Source: Macrostomum lignano (lineage: Eukaryota). From it: a stretch of DNA of 64,000 nt. The stretch's first letter is position 1, and each line of letters starts with the position of its first letter. The notes under the pieces were generated by a model that was not told the DNA's origin, searched no databases, and saw only the letters and a list, made by a program, of their open reading frames with translations. Of this stretch, positions 1 through 12,289 are shown in pieces. Where the stretch lies: positions 310,001 through 374,000 of the forward strand of contig NIVC01000869.1 in assembly GCA_002269645.1 (NCBI GenBank), given 5' to 3'. A program made the translations under genes and the position numbers.

Positions 1-446
1 GCAATTGCTTAATGATTTCTGCAAAGTTATAGTAGCTGTCGTAATCTTTTACGTAGGTTACTCCATACTTATGAAACCAGTGTCTTTGGAGAGCTAGATT
101 AATATTAGGGACATTGATATCAACGTTGGGCCAATATTTTCTCATGTACTCGCTGCATTCAAGTTTGCATTGGTACTTGGATTTGTACAATGGATTAGGC
201 TGAGTATAATAAGAACCTGGAGAGACAACTGGAAACATTTTTTAGAGAAAATTTAATTTTTTTTTCAAAGGGTAAGGACCCTGGGTTAGGGGATTTAAAG
301 TTTTAGGGATCTGGTTTCGCCGCTTCGGATTGAATGTGGGCCCCATGGGGAGAAGAATGCAGATTTTTTTTCTGATTGTTTCGAAGATGCTATGGGTGGA
401 TGTTGGTGGATGATGTCAGTGTCAGTGAGCATAACAGGTGTCCACT

Positions 447-660
447 GTCTGATTCTGTCGGGGATAATATGGATGGATTTAATAGGATTATGTTCGAAGT
501 TTTCAGAGCAAGTGCGGCCCCTCCCCTTTTTCATGATTCTGTCAGGGATAATATGGATGGATTTAGGTGGATTATGGAGGACGTTTTGTGAGCGAGTGCG
601 ACCCCCCTTTTTTTCTGATTCTGTCAGGGATAATATGAATGGATTTAGGTGGATTATGGA
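447..660. repeat. ~84-bp tandem repeat, about 2.5 copies
   Basis: TGATTCTGTC(A/G)GGGATAATATG(G/A)ATGGATTT recurs at about 449, 533 and 616; it lies just beyond the truncated 3' end of the LINE. Confidence 0.8.
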
Positions 661-700
661 GGAGGTGAAAAATTTTGTCCCAGAAGCCCCCTCATGCCTT

Positions 701-2911
701 CTACTCCCTTCCGTAAAGCGTGAGCGGCCGAATCTGCCACTTGGTCCTGCTGGTGAACATGATCGCTGCGGTCTTAGTCTCAGAGAGCCTTAAACCACAG
801 CGGTCCGCCCATTGCTCAGCGGCGTAGATAAAGTTCTGAAGAAGGTCCCTGAGGGTATCAGGTGACGGACCAGATGCCACCGCGGTGACATCGTCCGCAT
901 ATCCAACTTTCAGAATGGGGTCAGGCCGAACATCCCGGAGGAGCTCATCGATGACCATATTCCAGAGAACTGGAGACAGCACCCCACCTTGCGGGCTACC
1001 TTTGCAGACGGGGACCGTCCTCTGGTAGCCCAGCAGACTGGCGGTGGCCGTGCGATGGCTGATCATGTACATGATCCATCTGGTGAGATGTGAGTGCGTT
1101 TGCCTCTCACAAAGAGCTCTTCGGAACGCCTCAAAGAGGACGTTATCGAAGGCGCCAATGATGTCCAGGAAGATCCCCAGAGCAAAGCCATTACCAAGCA
1201 CGGCCTTCTCGAGTTTATCGACCAGGACGTGCAGCGCGCTTTCAGTGGAGCGACCCGCCCGAAAAGCGTGCTGGTTCTCGCTGAGAGGTTTGTTCTTCAG
1301 CTCAACAGAGAGAAGGCGCCAAAGCACCAGTCTCTCCATCAGCTTGACCAGGGAGGAGGTCAAGCTGATCGGTCTGAAGGATTTGATAGAATGGTAGTCC
1401 GGGCGGCCTGGCTTAGGGATAAAGATCACCTTTGCCTCGGTCCATGCCTGTAGGACATAACCAAGCGTGATGCATGCCCGAAGAAGGCTGCAAAGTTTGC
1501 GCAGGAAGCCTGGGCATTTAACCGCCTCTCTTAGGAGGGCCGGTACAATGCCGTCGGGTCCTGGGGCTTTGAAAGGCTTGAAGGAATTTGCCGCTCTCAC
1601 AATGCGGTCCTCCGTGATGATAGAGGCAGCCAGCGCGTGACCTCCCTCCGAGTGATCCGGAGTGGTCTGGTTAGCTGGCTCGTTGGGGAAAGACGCAGTG
1701 AGCATTACATCAAGCGTTTCCCCTGGGTTGTCCGTGGACGTACCGTCGGTGCGTTTGACCGAGGAGAGCTTAGACATTTTGTCCAGCGTGAGCGCTTTCA
1801 CAACTCTGGAGGTGGGGCGTGAGCCCTCTAGCTCCTCACAGTATTGTCGCCATTTTTGAGCCTTTGCATTCCTAACCTGCCTTTTAAACTCATGGATTGC
1901 TTCATGATAGGCGGTTTGGTCTGCAGGGCTCTTAGTTTTAGTTGCTCTGCGGTGGAGTCTCTTAGCCCTGCGACGGAGGTTGCCGAGCTCGGGATTCCAC
2001 CACGGCGCCGATTTTTTCCCTTTATAGGCTTTTAAAGGGCAGGACGCCTCAAAGGCGGCGGTTAGCGTCTCTGTCAAAACAGTCGCGCACTCATCCGCCT
2101 CTCGGCACGACGTGATCGTGGATGGTTGGCCAGGAGACCGATGGAATTCCTTCAGGGCGAGCCCGAAGGTTTCCCAATCAGTATTTCTGGCGTTCCGTCT
2201 CCACGTAACACGAGTTGCGCTACGCGCGGCCATTAGGTTGAAGGAGATGAACTTGTGATCCGAGAGTGAGGACACTGGAAGCACCCGCCACGCCCCAATA
2301 CTCTGGTAGAGTCTGGGCGTTGCGAGCGTAGCGTCGATCACCTCCGACCACCGTCCGTTGTCAAAGGTAGGGGTGGACCCAGAGTTGCAGAACTCGAGGG
2401 TCGTAGAGGCAACGTAGGCTAGGAGGTCTTCGCCTCTCTGATTAATGCCAGTGCTGCCCCAGTGAGTGTGGTGGGCGTTGATGTCGCCGGCAACCATTAG
2501 CTCGTAGTTTTTGGCAGAGCAGAGCTCTACCAGCGTAGCGAGGGCTCTGGGGACGACTGCAGCATCGCCTGGTAGGTAAACCGAGGCAATGAGGGTGGTC
2601 TTCCCAGGAAGAAGGTCCTCGGATTGGATGACGCAGATGTCCCTGTTGGACAGGTCCGATCTGAGCCACGCACTGAGCGTTTTGCTCGCAAAGATGCAAG
2701 CTCTGGGAGGCTGGTTGGCCTCGCGAGGGTAAGTATAAAAACAATTGTAGCCAGCAGGGGCGTTTTGAGGCTTACCTCTGAGAGTCCAGGGTTCCTGGAC
2801 GAGGATGAGCCCCGGCTTGTCGAGCTCGGCGTAACGCATAAGGTTGACCGAGGCTGCGACGCAGTGCTGCAGATTAATCTGCAGGCAATGGATTCCCTGG
2901 TTGCTGATCAT
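701..2911 (-). CDS. LINE ORF2: AP endonuclease + reverse transcriptase, C-terminally truncated
   Basis: LQINLQH, LILVQEP, GDINAHH, SDH (APE); KAPGPDG, FRPISL, QHAFRAGRST, FLDIIGAFDNV, PQGGVLSP, YADD (RT). First ATG at 2911, two bases after the ORF1 stop. Confidence 0.93.
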   Translation of the reverse strand: MISNQGIHCLQINLQHCVAASVNLMRYAELDKPGLILVQEPWTLRGKPQNAPAGYNCFYTYPREANQPPRACIFASKTLSAWLRSDLSNRDICVIQSEDLLPGKTTLIASVYLPGDAAVVPRALATLVELCSAKNYELMVAGDINAHHTHWGSTGINQRGEDLLAYVASTTLEFCNSGSTPTFDNGRWSEVIDATLATPRLYQSIGAWRVLPVSSLSDHKFISFNLMAARSATRVTWRRNARNTDWETFGLALKEFHRSPGQPSTITSCREADECATVLTETLTAAFEASCPLKAYKGKKSAPWWNPELGNLRRRAKRLHRRATKTKSPADQTAYHEAIHEFKRQVRNAKAQKWRQYCEELEGSRPTSRVVKALTLDKMSKLSSVKRTDGTSTDNPGETLDVMLTASFPNEPANQTTPDHSEGGHALAASIITEDRIVRAANSFKPFKAPGPDGIVPALLREAVKCPGFLRKLCSLLRACITLGYVLQAWTEAKVIFIPKPGRPDYHSIKSFRPISLTSSLVKLMERLVLWRLLSVELKNKPLSENQHAFRAGRSTESALHVLVDKLEKAVLGNGFALGIFLDIIGAFDNVLFEAFRRALCERQTHSHLTRWIMYMISHRTATASLLGYQRTVPVCKGSPQGGVLSPVLWNMVIDELLRDVRPDPILKVGYADDVTAVASGPSPDTLRDLLQNFIYAAEQWADRCGLRLSETKTAAIMFTSRTKWQIRPLTLYGRE

Positions 2912-2913
2912 TA

Positions 2914-4380
2914 TCACGCAGTTGGGGAATCGTTGAGCAGGTCATCCTCCTCCTTTTCAGTGGTGGGTGACCCACAGACCTCCATGGGAGTTTCAGCGTC
3001 CTCAGCAGTTAGGGTGGCTGTGGAGTCCTCCGCGGACGTGAGCCCAGCGTGGACGTTACCGTCGCCTCCCCTACGTGCTTCGGTGCTGTCACTGCCCGTC
3101 CCCTCTGCCTCGTCGGTCAGGTCGATGCGGGTGGCGCCAGCCTCCTGGTGAGTCACAGACTCGAACCAGTCGGTCGGAGCCTCCCCGCTTAGAGTCTGGC
3201 CTTCTGGCTGTTGGGGTGGAGCGCGAGAAGCGCGGGCCCGCTCACGATGCGCACGAAGGTTCTTGGCCTGGTCCAGCGCGCGCTGGATCAGGCCGGACCT
3301 CCGGGTGCTCCTGGCGGGTCTGCGATTGCGATTTCCGGTTTCAGCAGCGCGAACTGCCTTACCGGGCATAGGATCAGCCGTTTGCCTCGGCTTCTTTGCC
3401 GGAGGAGCCTGGGCCCCAGTTCCGGTTTCGGAAGCCTTGGCATTCTTGGCTTCATCAGCTTTCCGCTCCTCGCAACGGAGGATGGTCAGCTGAGTCAGAC
3501 CAATATGAATTGTGGACTTAGGCGGCAAGCGCTTAGCCCAGTCATCAGAGAGCCCTAGGATCACCGTAGCCCCCTTCTCCTTGCGGGAAGTGGCGTGGTT
3601 TTAGGAGCCCGTTGACCTCAAGGTCGGGGTGCAGCTTTAGCAATATTTGCCTAAGCTGATCTCCGGACTTAATGGCACTGCCGGCCGGGATCCAGACGCG
3701 AAAGCGCTGGGTCTTTTGTCGTTCGCCCTCGCTGGCGAAGACGAGCTTGCCGAGCTTCTTGGGCCAGTTCAGCTTTGGCAGAAGCTCGCGTAGATTGCGG
3801 CTGCTCTCCTCCGAGCTGCACCAGATGAAGATGCAGCCGTCGGTCTTGGCAGACTTGACCACGTTCACAGGGCGGCCCGCCAGGAGCTGGTCGATGAGCG
3901 CAGCATCGATGGTGCGCCAGGCACTGTTGAGCTCGTCGGCCGTGAGGTCCTGCTCTTCCCCGAAGACGATGACCGCCGGTTGGAGCTTGACCTTTGAGGC
4001 GTAGTTGGTGGCGGCGGTTCCCGAAGGCCCGGCCGCGCTTGTAGCAGGTATACTGGGTGGCTCACCAGCGGGGGTTGTATCCTGGGGGCAGGGGTTGCTG
4101 TGGTTCCTTTCGGCCCAACAGCAGCCTCGCCCTCCCTAGGTTCCCCCTCCGCCGGTGGCCGGCCCGCAGTACCCCGTAGTCGCCGTCGCCGCTCGTTGCG
4201 GCGTTGGTTGCGGGTGCGTCGGGCTTCAGCGGAGGGCCCGGTTGCGCGTGCGGGCATGTCACCGGCCGAGCCGGCGGCAAGCCCATCTGCCCCCGGTGGG
4301 GCGGCGCTGGTGCCAGAGTCACCGGCCGGAGTTGCCGGGGCCCCGGCTTCAGCGGGGTTGAAAGAGGCGGATGACGCCAT
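2914..4380 (-). pseudogene. LINE ORF1 split by two single-base homopolymer frameshifts
   Basis: Track ORFs 3865-4494, 3545-3868 and 2914-3564 join into one ORF if one base is added in the G5 run at about 4085-4089 and one removed from the T4 run at 3599-3602. The joined product aligns with intact ORF1 at 49752 (e.g. RFRVWIPA vs RHRIWVPA, ILGLSDDW vs ILGLSDAW). Confidence 0.85.
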
Positions 4381-4848
4381 AGCTGAAAGCGGGAAGGAGT
4401 GAGCTGAGTCACAAAAGAAAGAGGAAAGAAGAAAAAGAAAAGGACCGCTAGCGACCGGACAACCCCCGGCCTTCCAGCCCATCGGCACGGTCAAACACCT
4501 TAGGCATTAGGGGGTACGTTAAGCAGTACCACGGCCTGCAGGCTGGCAAGCCAGACCCGCATACCCAAGTTCGGCCGAAGCCACTGGATGGGTCGCCAGC
4601 GTCGGAGCCCAGTCTGTCCAGCAGCCCTAGGGTCTGCCTTGAACACACGCGGGGACGAGTACCCTGGGTCTTGTGAAACAGCGTGAGGGGGGGGGTCTGC
4701 GGCTGCCAGCGGCAAATAGCGGGTGCAGACCTCCCTCTCCAGCCTTGACCTGCTGAAGATAGGGGCAGGCGTGAAGCATCACGGACCGTAGGCCATAGGC
4801 CTGGTCTGTCTCATACTTCACTGGCGTGCTGAATACACCTTCGCGTGC

Positions 4849-5036
4849 AATTATGGTGGACAATTATTAACAAAATTTGAACAATAGTACGTATATAGTA
4901 AGCATAGTAAAGCAAGGCAACAATAGCTCGTACTTATAGTAATTTTAATAATTATGGTGGACAATTATTAACAAAATTTGAACAATAGTACGTGTATAGT
5001 AAGCCCAGTAAAGCAAGGCAACAATGGCTCGTATTT
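4849..5036. repeat. ~101-bp tandem duplication at the LINE 5' junction
   Basis: AATTATGGTGGACAATTATTAACAAAATTTGAACAATAGTACG... occurs at about 4849 and about 4950. Confidence 0.85.
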
Positions 5037-5883
5037 ACCACTTAATTAATAAGGAAAAATAGAATTGAAAATATGAGCAGAAGAAACATTATTTTTTGTG
5101 ATCTATTTAACGAACAATATAGCTGTACTAAGGCGAATATGATAAGGCAATCAATAAGACAATAAGGTAAGGCTAGTAAGAATGCTACTAAAATGATAAC
5201 TACTGTACGAACAGTTACTACTACTTCACAAATTGATTGGATTTAAAAGTCAGGACGATTCAGTAAATGATTTATAATGCATTCAAAAGATAGGCAATAC
5301 AAAAATAATTCGTAAAATGCAATAAAATTTGACTTTTTTGAAATTCGGGAGCCAAAATATGAAAAAGCTATTGAATACCGGGATCCCAGTTTTGGGCAGG
5401 TCCGGTATTTTAGCATCCCTACTCATGAGCCAATTTATTCTTACACTCTCTATGCGTGCAAACGCCCACCACCCCAATACTATCTCTCGTTTGCTGTTCC
5501 TATCTATCGTTTTTATCCTATTTATCGTTGCTGTTCACTCTCGCAGTAAAATCGTGATCATAAACAACTTCTCTAATTTGCATAAATCAATTTGGAGCTG
5601 TCTCTCTCTCTCTTTTGACAAACGACGCGTCACCTATGATTCAGGTGATTCACTATGTTTGCCTCTTCTCAGCTAGCGAATCATGTTTTCCTTATTTTCC
5701 TTTCTATCTTGTTATTTACACAGCCTAGCGCTGAAAATATATGAAATTTTTAGTAACTTTCTAGCAATCTGCGCTTGCCCTCGTTGGGAAGGCAACAAAA
5801 AGAAAATAATAAAAATGTTTGAATAAAACTACATGCATCTTTTGACGTGGTACAGTTACCATTGGTAATTGGTAATAGGGGGA

Positions 5884-6065
5884 GCAACTCCCCTATGAGC
5901 TTTGGCATCTCAGCAATTATCAGCAATTCTCCCCAAGAGTCACAGCATTTCAGAAATTCCCCCTATGGGCCTTGACATCTTAGCAAAGTTCCCCGTGAGC
6001 CTTCACTCCATGAGCCCTGATATCTCAGCCACCGTGGGCCTTCACATCTCAGCAATTCTTCCCGT
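5884..6065. repeat. Degenerate ~30-bp minisatellite
   Basis: Recurrent ATCTCAGCAATT and CCCCTATGAGCC-like blocks. Confidence 0.5.
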
Positions 6066-7010
6066 AAGCGTTGTTTGCCTCGTGAAATCGATCATAGCGC
6101 AGGTCCCGCTGGCTGAATTCGATACAAAGCGCTCGTTTTATTCAGCCTTCCTCAAATAAGTTTGAATTCACCTCCTATCTCTGTAGTGTAAATTTGAGAA
6201 AGCTTTATTGTCGGGGCTCTCTGTCGACAGTGGCACTGGCTATAGGAAAGCGCAGGGACAAATTGCCTCAATGCTGCTGCCTGCAACTTTGCGGCCAAGC
6301 CTGTAAGTACTGTACCAGCTAGCAGGCGAGAATGACGGATGAGGGATGAGGGATGAGGTGATGAAGGGTCTGTAGCCCGTTGTATTGAGGAAGCCATGGT
6401 AACGCAGGGAAGAGAAATCTCTCTTGTTACGCCGAGAAGAGGTAGAGAGTCCCAGTTGCCTAGCCACAGCAACTGCATATGCTGCGGCCAAGCCTCCCCT
6501 TTCCGCTCCCTTACTGAGCTGTGCGCGCGTTTCTCATGCAAAATGAAAGGCAATCAGAGAGGTGCACCTGCCTGTCCCAACAGTAAAGCTCATTGCGGGC
6601 TGAGGTTGGAGGCTCCGTTCCTATATCTGAATCTGAAAAGTATTTGGCTAATAGCTAGTGCTGGTGAGCATTGGTTCTACGTGGCTTCTGTGTAGGAATT
6701 TTCATGCAGCTATTCGGGTAGGCCAGAGAGTATACTTAGCACACTCGAATATTAGGGATATTAAATTAAGTGATCCTTGATATTTGACGCATATACGAAA
6801 CTGTCACCTCTTTACAGGCGTACATACGCTTCGCGTCAATAACTTTGATGTATTCACCGTCTCCTTGATCGCAATCTGTGCAGCTAGTGAGCGTTAGTAG
6901 ACAGATACTTCATTCGGCGCTATTTTGCTTGATTAAATATGCTTGAATGATGCTGCGGGGAACGATTCTGGGAGGAGTGATTCATATGGGAATGATGCTA
7001 AAAGGGGGGG

Positions 7011-7674
<664 letters not shown>

Positions 7675-8370
7675 AAGCTCACACGCTCGCGAAAAGCTCA
7701 GAGGGGCAGGAAGTGGCCTCAAGCGGGGTGAGGTGGATGGCCTGAAGGTCACTAGCAAATGTCTTTAGAAGCGTCTCAGTTCGCGCATGTCCGCGCATGA
7801 TATGGGTCGCACTTCTGATTGAGCACGACTACGAGGTGGTTCATTTCCACGCGTCCGTAGCTGCGTAGCACATGGCCGAGAAGTCGCTGTCTCCGCGTTC
7901 TGAGGATGGAGCTCACTGGCGAGACGCCAGAGCGAGCAGCGAGCGCGCGGTTTGACAGTCTTACAGGGTAGCGGAGATCGAGAGCAAACCACAGCAAAGC
8001 TCTGAAGGTGGCTTCGAGAGCCTAGTTGCGAGATTCCAGAGTTTCGAGAGTTTCGAGTTTCGAGTTTCGAGTTTCGAGAGTTTCGAGACCGTAAAGGAAT
8101 ATCGGCTCCACGGCATCTCGGAAAATCCTGATTTTGAGTTGGTCAGGCTCGGGCGAACTTAAAATGGGGCTCAGTTTCCGAGCAGCTCTCCAGGCTTGCG
8201 CGCGACGGTCGGTGACGATGTCTTCCGGAGAGAGCACCAGCAAGCCGAGGTAGCGGGAGCAGGAAGAGATTTTGTCGCCGTTTGGGAGGATCAGAGCAGG
8301 TGGGTCCCTGATGCCGACGTGGAGCACCTCGGTCTTGCGGGCTTTGACGGCAAGGGCGCGGGTCTTGCGT
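7675..8370 (-). mobile_element. RTE-clade LINE 3' fragment whose 3' end runs into (TATC)n
   Basis: Minus-strand peptides KARKTEVL, RYLG, KIRIFRDAVEPIFLYGLETL, SILRTRRQRLLGHVLR match the RTE post-RT region. Confidence 0.8.
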
Positions 8371-8379
8371 CGGTCTTGA

Positions 8380-8590
8380 GGGAGGATGATTCTGAGGGGA
8401 AACGATGTTGACCGGGAATGAGTGCTCAAGGGGAATGATGCGCATTGAAATGATAATAAGGGAAATAATGATTTGGGTGAATGAGTTTGAGGGGAAATGA
8501 TTCTGAGGGGAATTATTCTGAAGGGAATGATTCTGAGGGGAATGATGCTGAGGGGAATTATATTGAGATGGAGTTATGCTGGGAGGAAGG
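8380..8590. repeat. Degenerate 15-bp minisatellite (GGGGAATGATKCTGA), also at ~6945-7005
   Basis: The same motif lies on both sides of the RTE+(GATA)n block. Confidence 0.7.
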
Positions 8591-9097
8591 AGCACAATTA
8601 TGTGAAATTTTTATTGCTGTATAAGATTTGATCGCAACTTGCAGTTCACTTACTTGGACTTTGTTGATTGGGATGCTTGACTGAGTTTTTATTGAATCAT
8701 CTTAAAGCGATGAAGCAGCAGTCCGAGAAGCGACTCATCTAACCCGCATCCATCACAAGTTGACGCTGTGTAAAATTCCTTGGTGACAAATCTTCCACTG
8801 ATGATCTCTGTAGATGAAAGAAATGCTTCCTCGGTTGAATGGTTTGAGCACGAGATGAGCTATTGTACTGGGAATCATAACAATCAGAAAACCCTCTCCA
8901 CAGTCGTTGGGGATTCAAAGCCCCGTTGCTGGAAAGCCTCTCTCTTCGCTTTGCTTGCCAGGTAGCGGCACCGACCTGTCCCACCCCAAATTTTCTTAAT
9001 GTCTCCGAATCTCAACCAAAGTTCTAAGGTGCAAACTTTCTTGCCCCAAGTGCATGCGCAAAGCCCAGATAAATACCTCAGCTCATGTCCGCGGGCC

Positions 9098-9272
9098 ATA
9101 GAGAGGGGAAGGAGAGAGAATATAAGAGAGAAGAGGAAAGAGATGAGAGATGAGCGAAGAGAGGAGAGGGGAGAGTAGAGAGAGGAGAGGGGAGAGTAGA
9201 GAGAGGAGAGGGGAGAGTAGAGAGAGCAGATGAGAAAAGATATGAGATGAGAGGCTATCTATGAGATAGAGA
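9098..9272. repeat. GA-rich low-complexity tract with a 21-bp unit x3
   Basis: GAGAGGAGAGGGGAGAGTAGA repeated at about 9160-9225. Confidence 0.85.
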
Positions 9273-10338
9273 GGCTTCCCGGGCCGGAGTTTACCGACAC
9301 AGCTGATGCGCAAGTTTCAGAACGCCTTCAAGGTCCTTGAACGCCTTCTCTTAGATGTGGCATGACTTCTGTTTGCAGTCATGTTTCTGCTGAGTAAAGC
9401 TAAGCTCTCTGTTCCTTTTAAATCTGAATAAATTCTTCAAAACTCATGATTCTCAAAGCATGAGCTGTTCTCCGAAAACGCAACTAACGCTCCTAACTGA
9501 AGACCCCATCGTTTGCCTCATCGTCTGAAGAATGTGAGGAACCCAGCAAGCTGCTCTGTCAGAGTTTGACTCATGCCAAACTCTCGGAAAACTCTCTGAG
9601 ACTCTCGGAAAAAGTGCGAATGTTCTTCAAGCGGCCTTTTGCAACAGCTCGGCTATCCAGCTGAAATTCGACTTGAGTGTTCGACAGAGTATACGAGCGT
9701 AGGTCTCCAGTTCTCTGTGAATCTTAGTAAATTTATTCAATATTCAATGTGTCAGTTGGATCAGCAAATGTGTCAGTTAAGGCAAAGCAGAGGATTTTGT
9801 TGTGTACGGCTTGTACGCCGGTTAGGGTTCTTGCGTTCTGATTGGCTGGGGGGTTTTTCTGTCTGCCCAGACCGGCCTAGGCCGGGTGGGGGGTTTGCTG
9901 AATCATGCTGGTTAGTAGGTAAATTATAATATAAGTGCGCACCGGCCTTTCAAGCCTTTGTTACTTTTCTACCCTGCAATCGCTTCTCGCATCGTATTCA
10001 TTTGGCCACGCTGCCTCAAAGTACAACAGATTTGTCTTATGCAGTAGAAGTGCATTTGGAGAGATAAATGAGCATAGCTAGTAGCAGAGCAGAGTGAATT
10101 TTCTCAAACTCGAACATAAAAATGGAATCTTATACTGCAGTAATGTAAAGTTCTTCTTCTTTTTACAGTAGCCGTCATGGCCGTGGGCGTACCCATTCAT
10201 GCACCACCAATGCCTGTCCTTCGCTGCTCTTCTAAGGCCTCTCCATAGTCTATCCGGTCCATTCTTTCAGGTCATCTTCCCGCTGCCTTTTCGGTCTTCC
10301 TCTTTTTATTTCACTTTCTGCCCGTAATATTTGAGCTT

Positions 10339-10540
10339 TTAAATAAAGAGAAAGCCGAAAATCAACATGTAGGTTGTTACGACGCGTTTCGCACAGCAAG
10401 GTGCATCGTCAGGTATATTGTTTGAAACGAGAAAAATCAGTGAAAAAAGTGATCGAGCTTTTTACGATCGCGTCGTAACAACCTGCATGTTGATTTTCGG
10501 CTTTCTCTTTATTTTACTTGCTAAGCAAGCACTTTACCTG
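10339..10540 (-). mobile_element. Miniature Penelope-like insertion (inverted pLTR pieces + tail)
   Basis: 46-bp inverted repeat (10341-10386 / 10469-10514), internal hammerhead motif, 26-nt tail ending CACTTTACCTG, 10-bp TSD ATTTGAGCTT (10329-10338 / 10541-10550). Confidence 0.8.
10378..10415 (-). ncRNA. Minimal type I hammerhead ribozyme motif
   Basis: Minus strand TAC-CTGACGA-T-GCAC-cttgct-GTGC-GAAA-CGC-GTC^GTA: core CUGANGA/GAAA, 4-bp stem II, palindromic stem III ACGCGT, GUC cleavage triplet, 3-bp stem I. Confidence 0.82.
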
Positions 10541-11107
10541 ATTTGAGCTTCTCCTCCACAGATTCTGGTTCCTCTTCTAATACCTCCTTCACTTCTCTTC
10601 AAACCCAGGCATTCGACTTTTTCTCTTTCCATGAAATCCTTAGCTGTCTTCTTTAAACATTTCATTTCAAACGCTTTGAGTGTCTGCATAATTTTCTTCC
10701 CCAGAGTCCAGCTCTCGCACCCATAGAGCAATGCCGCCCATGTGACCGCCTTTGGGGTCTTGAGGCGATTCTTCAAACAGACTCCTTTGAGCCGCCAAAG
10801 TTCATCAAGCCTTCATCAAGTTCTAATTGATAATCTGTATCCGCACAGACTGATGGCGTGAAACTCTATTTTATACCGTCCCAGTAAAACTTTAAACTGT
10901 ACGATCCTGCATACTCTTTCACGCACATGCCTTCTGAATGCGGATCAATTCTAGCTGGCCAGGCAATCTGGGTGGGACTGCGTTGCTTTGAGGAGCTCAG
11001 CGCATATAAGCTGGGCTGCCAGCATTGAAACCCAACGCCAGCGTGAACAAGAAAGCTAGCTAGGACTGAAAGCATCAACTTTGTCCTGCTCGATACTAGT
11101 CACTGCA

Positions 11108-12289
11108 ATGAGAACACAGCAATATCTGATGCTGCTGACCTGCGCTACAGTGCTTCTAATTGCGGTGGCGTCTCTAATGAGGCCCAACAATTCGAGCGCT
11201 TCAAAATTACATCTCTTTCAAAACAAAGGCCTGACCGCTGCAAAGTCCTCCGTATAACGAACTCCGCAACTTCGACTTCACGAACCCCAGCCTGCAGCAC
11301 CGGCTGTGTCAGGAGACGCCGGCCTACCAGTTAGTCAGGGGCAAGTTCCCCTGTGCGAGCTGAACAGGAACTTACCGCAGCAGCTGCACACCATTGTCAG
11401 ACAAGGGTCTCTTGTGGCCAATGTGACCCGAGCAATGGGCGGCCCTTTAATGCCGATATTCACCTTCAGCAAGGAGGAAATTGTGAGCCGTCCCCGTGCG
11501 CTGCGCGCTCGTGTCAGCCCCGCTGTCGATCAATGTACTCTCTCTCCCGCCAGCCAACTTAACCCTTCGGCCGTTGCAATATTCAAACCCCCACCCCATT
11601 CAGTTCTTCTCTCCTCTGCAGCCAATCGGCTTGAGCTTTGGCCCTTCTAGCATTATGTACATCGTATTGCATATCGATCAATCACAATATATAATAGCAC
11701 GCAAGGCTAAGTAAAAGCCTAAGCTTTTTTTCCATTCGCAATTAATTGAGCCTTCACAGACATGATATCCGCGCATATGCTAAAACACAACGACTGGGAA
11801 AGCAGCTCTATTCGGACGATGCTCAACCTGTTACAGAAGCTTCCGAAAAACTCTGCGACGTTCCTCGATATCGGCAGCAACCTTGGCATCTACAGCCTGC
11901 AGGCCAGAGAGCTCGGGTATCCCGTGGTGGCCATCGATGCAAACATTCGCACACTGGTCAGGCTGCAGATGTCAGCGAAGCGGCTGAAGTTGCTTGACGA
12001 CAAGCTGAGGCTCTTCTGGGGCTTCATCAGTGACGACGTGGCGGTCAAGCGGATCAGCTATAACGCCGACGACTTTGGCTGCCACGCTGGAAGCGGCTCA
12101 GTCGGATTGGCTGACTGGAAACGGCAGGTTACGAAGTTAATCGAGGACACGATTCCCGTGACCACTGTCAAAGCGGACGAGCTTCGAGCGCACATCGGCA
12201 CCAAGAATGTGGTCGTCAAGATGGATATCGAGTCCGGTGAGCACCTGTTCATGAAGACTGGCGAGAGGCTGTTCAGCGAGCTCAACTGA
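11108..12289 (+). pseudogene. Disrupted type-II membrane FkbM-family methyltransferase paralog
   Basis: N-terminal hydrophobic segment MLLTCATVLLIAVASLM, then frameshifted blocks YNELRNFDF..LC, PLCEL..IVRQGS..PIFTFSKE, FLDIGSNLGIYSL, VVAIDAN, VVVKMDIESGE, all colinear with CDS 58606-59781. At least two frameshifts, a 277-bp insertion and a premature end after LFSELN. Confidence 0.85.
11482..11758. mobile_element. 277-bp solo-LTR-like insertion
   Basis: Termini TGTGA...TCACA (inverted, TG..CA) with a 5-bp near-TSD GAAAT/GACAT. Removing it restores the reading frame K-E-D-M-I-S. Confidence 0.68.

Larger units (their letters stand above)
701..4850 (-). mobile_element. Non-LTR retrotransposon (R1/LOA-like, I group), 5'UTR+ORF1+ORF2, 3'-truncated
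   Basis: APE endonuclease and RT motifs in ORF2. ORF1 and 5'UTR are homologous to the element at 49280. Homology stops abruptly at about 705, before the RNase H region; no TSD seen. Confidence 0.92.
10152..10830 (-). mobile_element. RTE (BovB-like) LINE 3' fragment with short (AAG)n tail
   Basis: Minus-strand peptides LLYGCESWTL, LKAFEMKC, DDLKEWTG; tail TTCTTCTTC on + at about 10152-10162; interrupted by the mini Penelope insertion. Confidence 0.8.

Noticed and set aside
283-293. Telomeric TTAGGG
   Set aside because: Single occurrence only.
8795-8835. Hammerhead-like CTGATGA...GAAA
   Set aside because: Stem II is out of register and stem I cannot form.
11483-11759. Spliceosomal intron, which would make 18235-18385 and 55835-55985 processed retrocopies
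   Set aside because: GT-AG splicing leaves +5 nt; TG..CA termini and a 5-bp TSD explain it as an insertion, so the fragments are simply pre-insertion copies.
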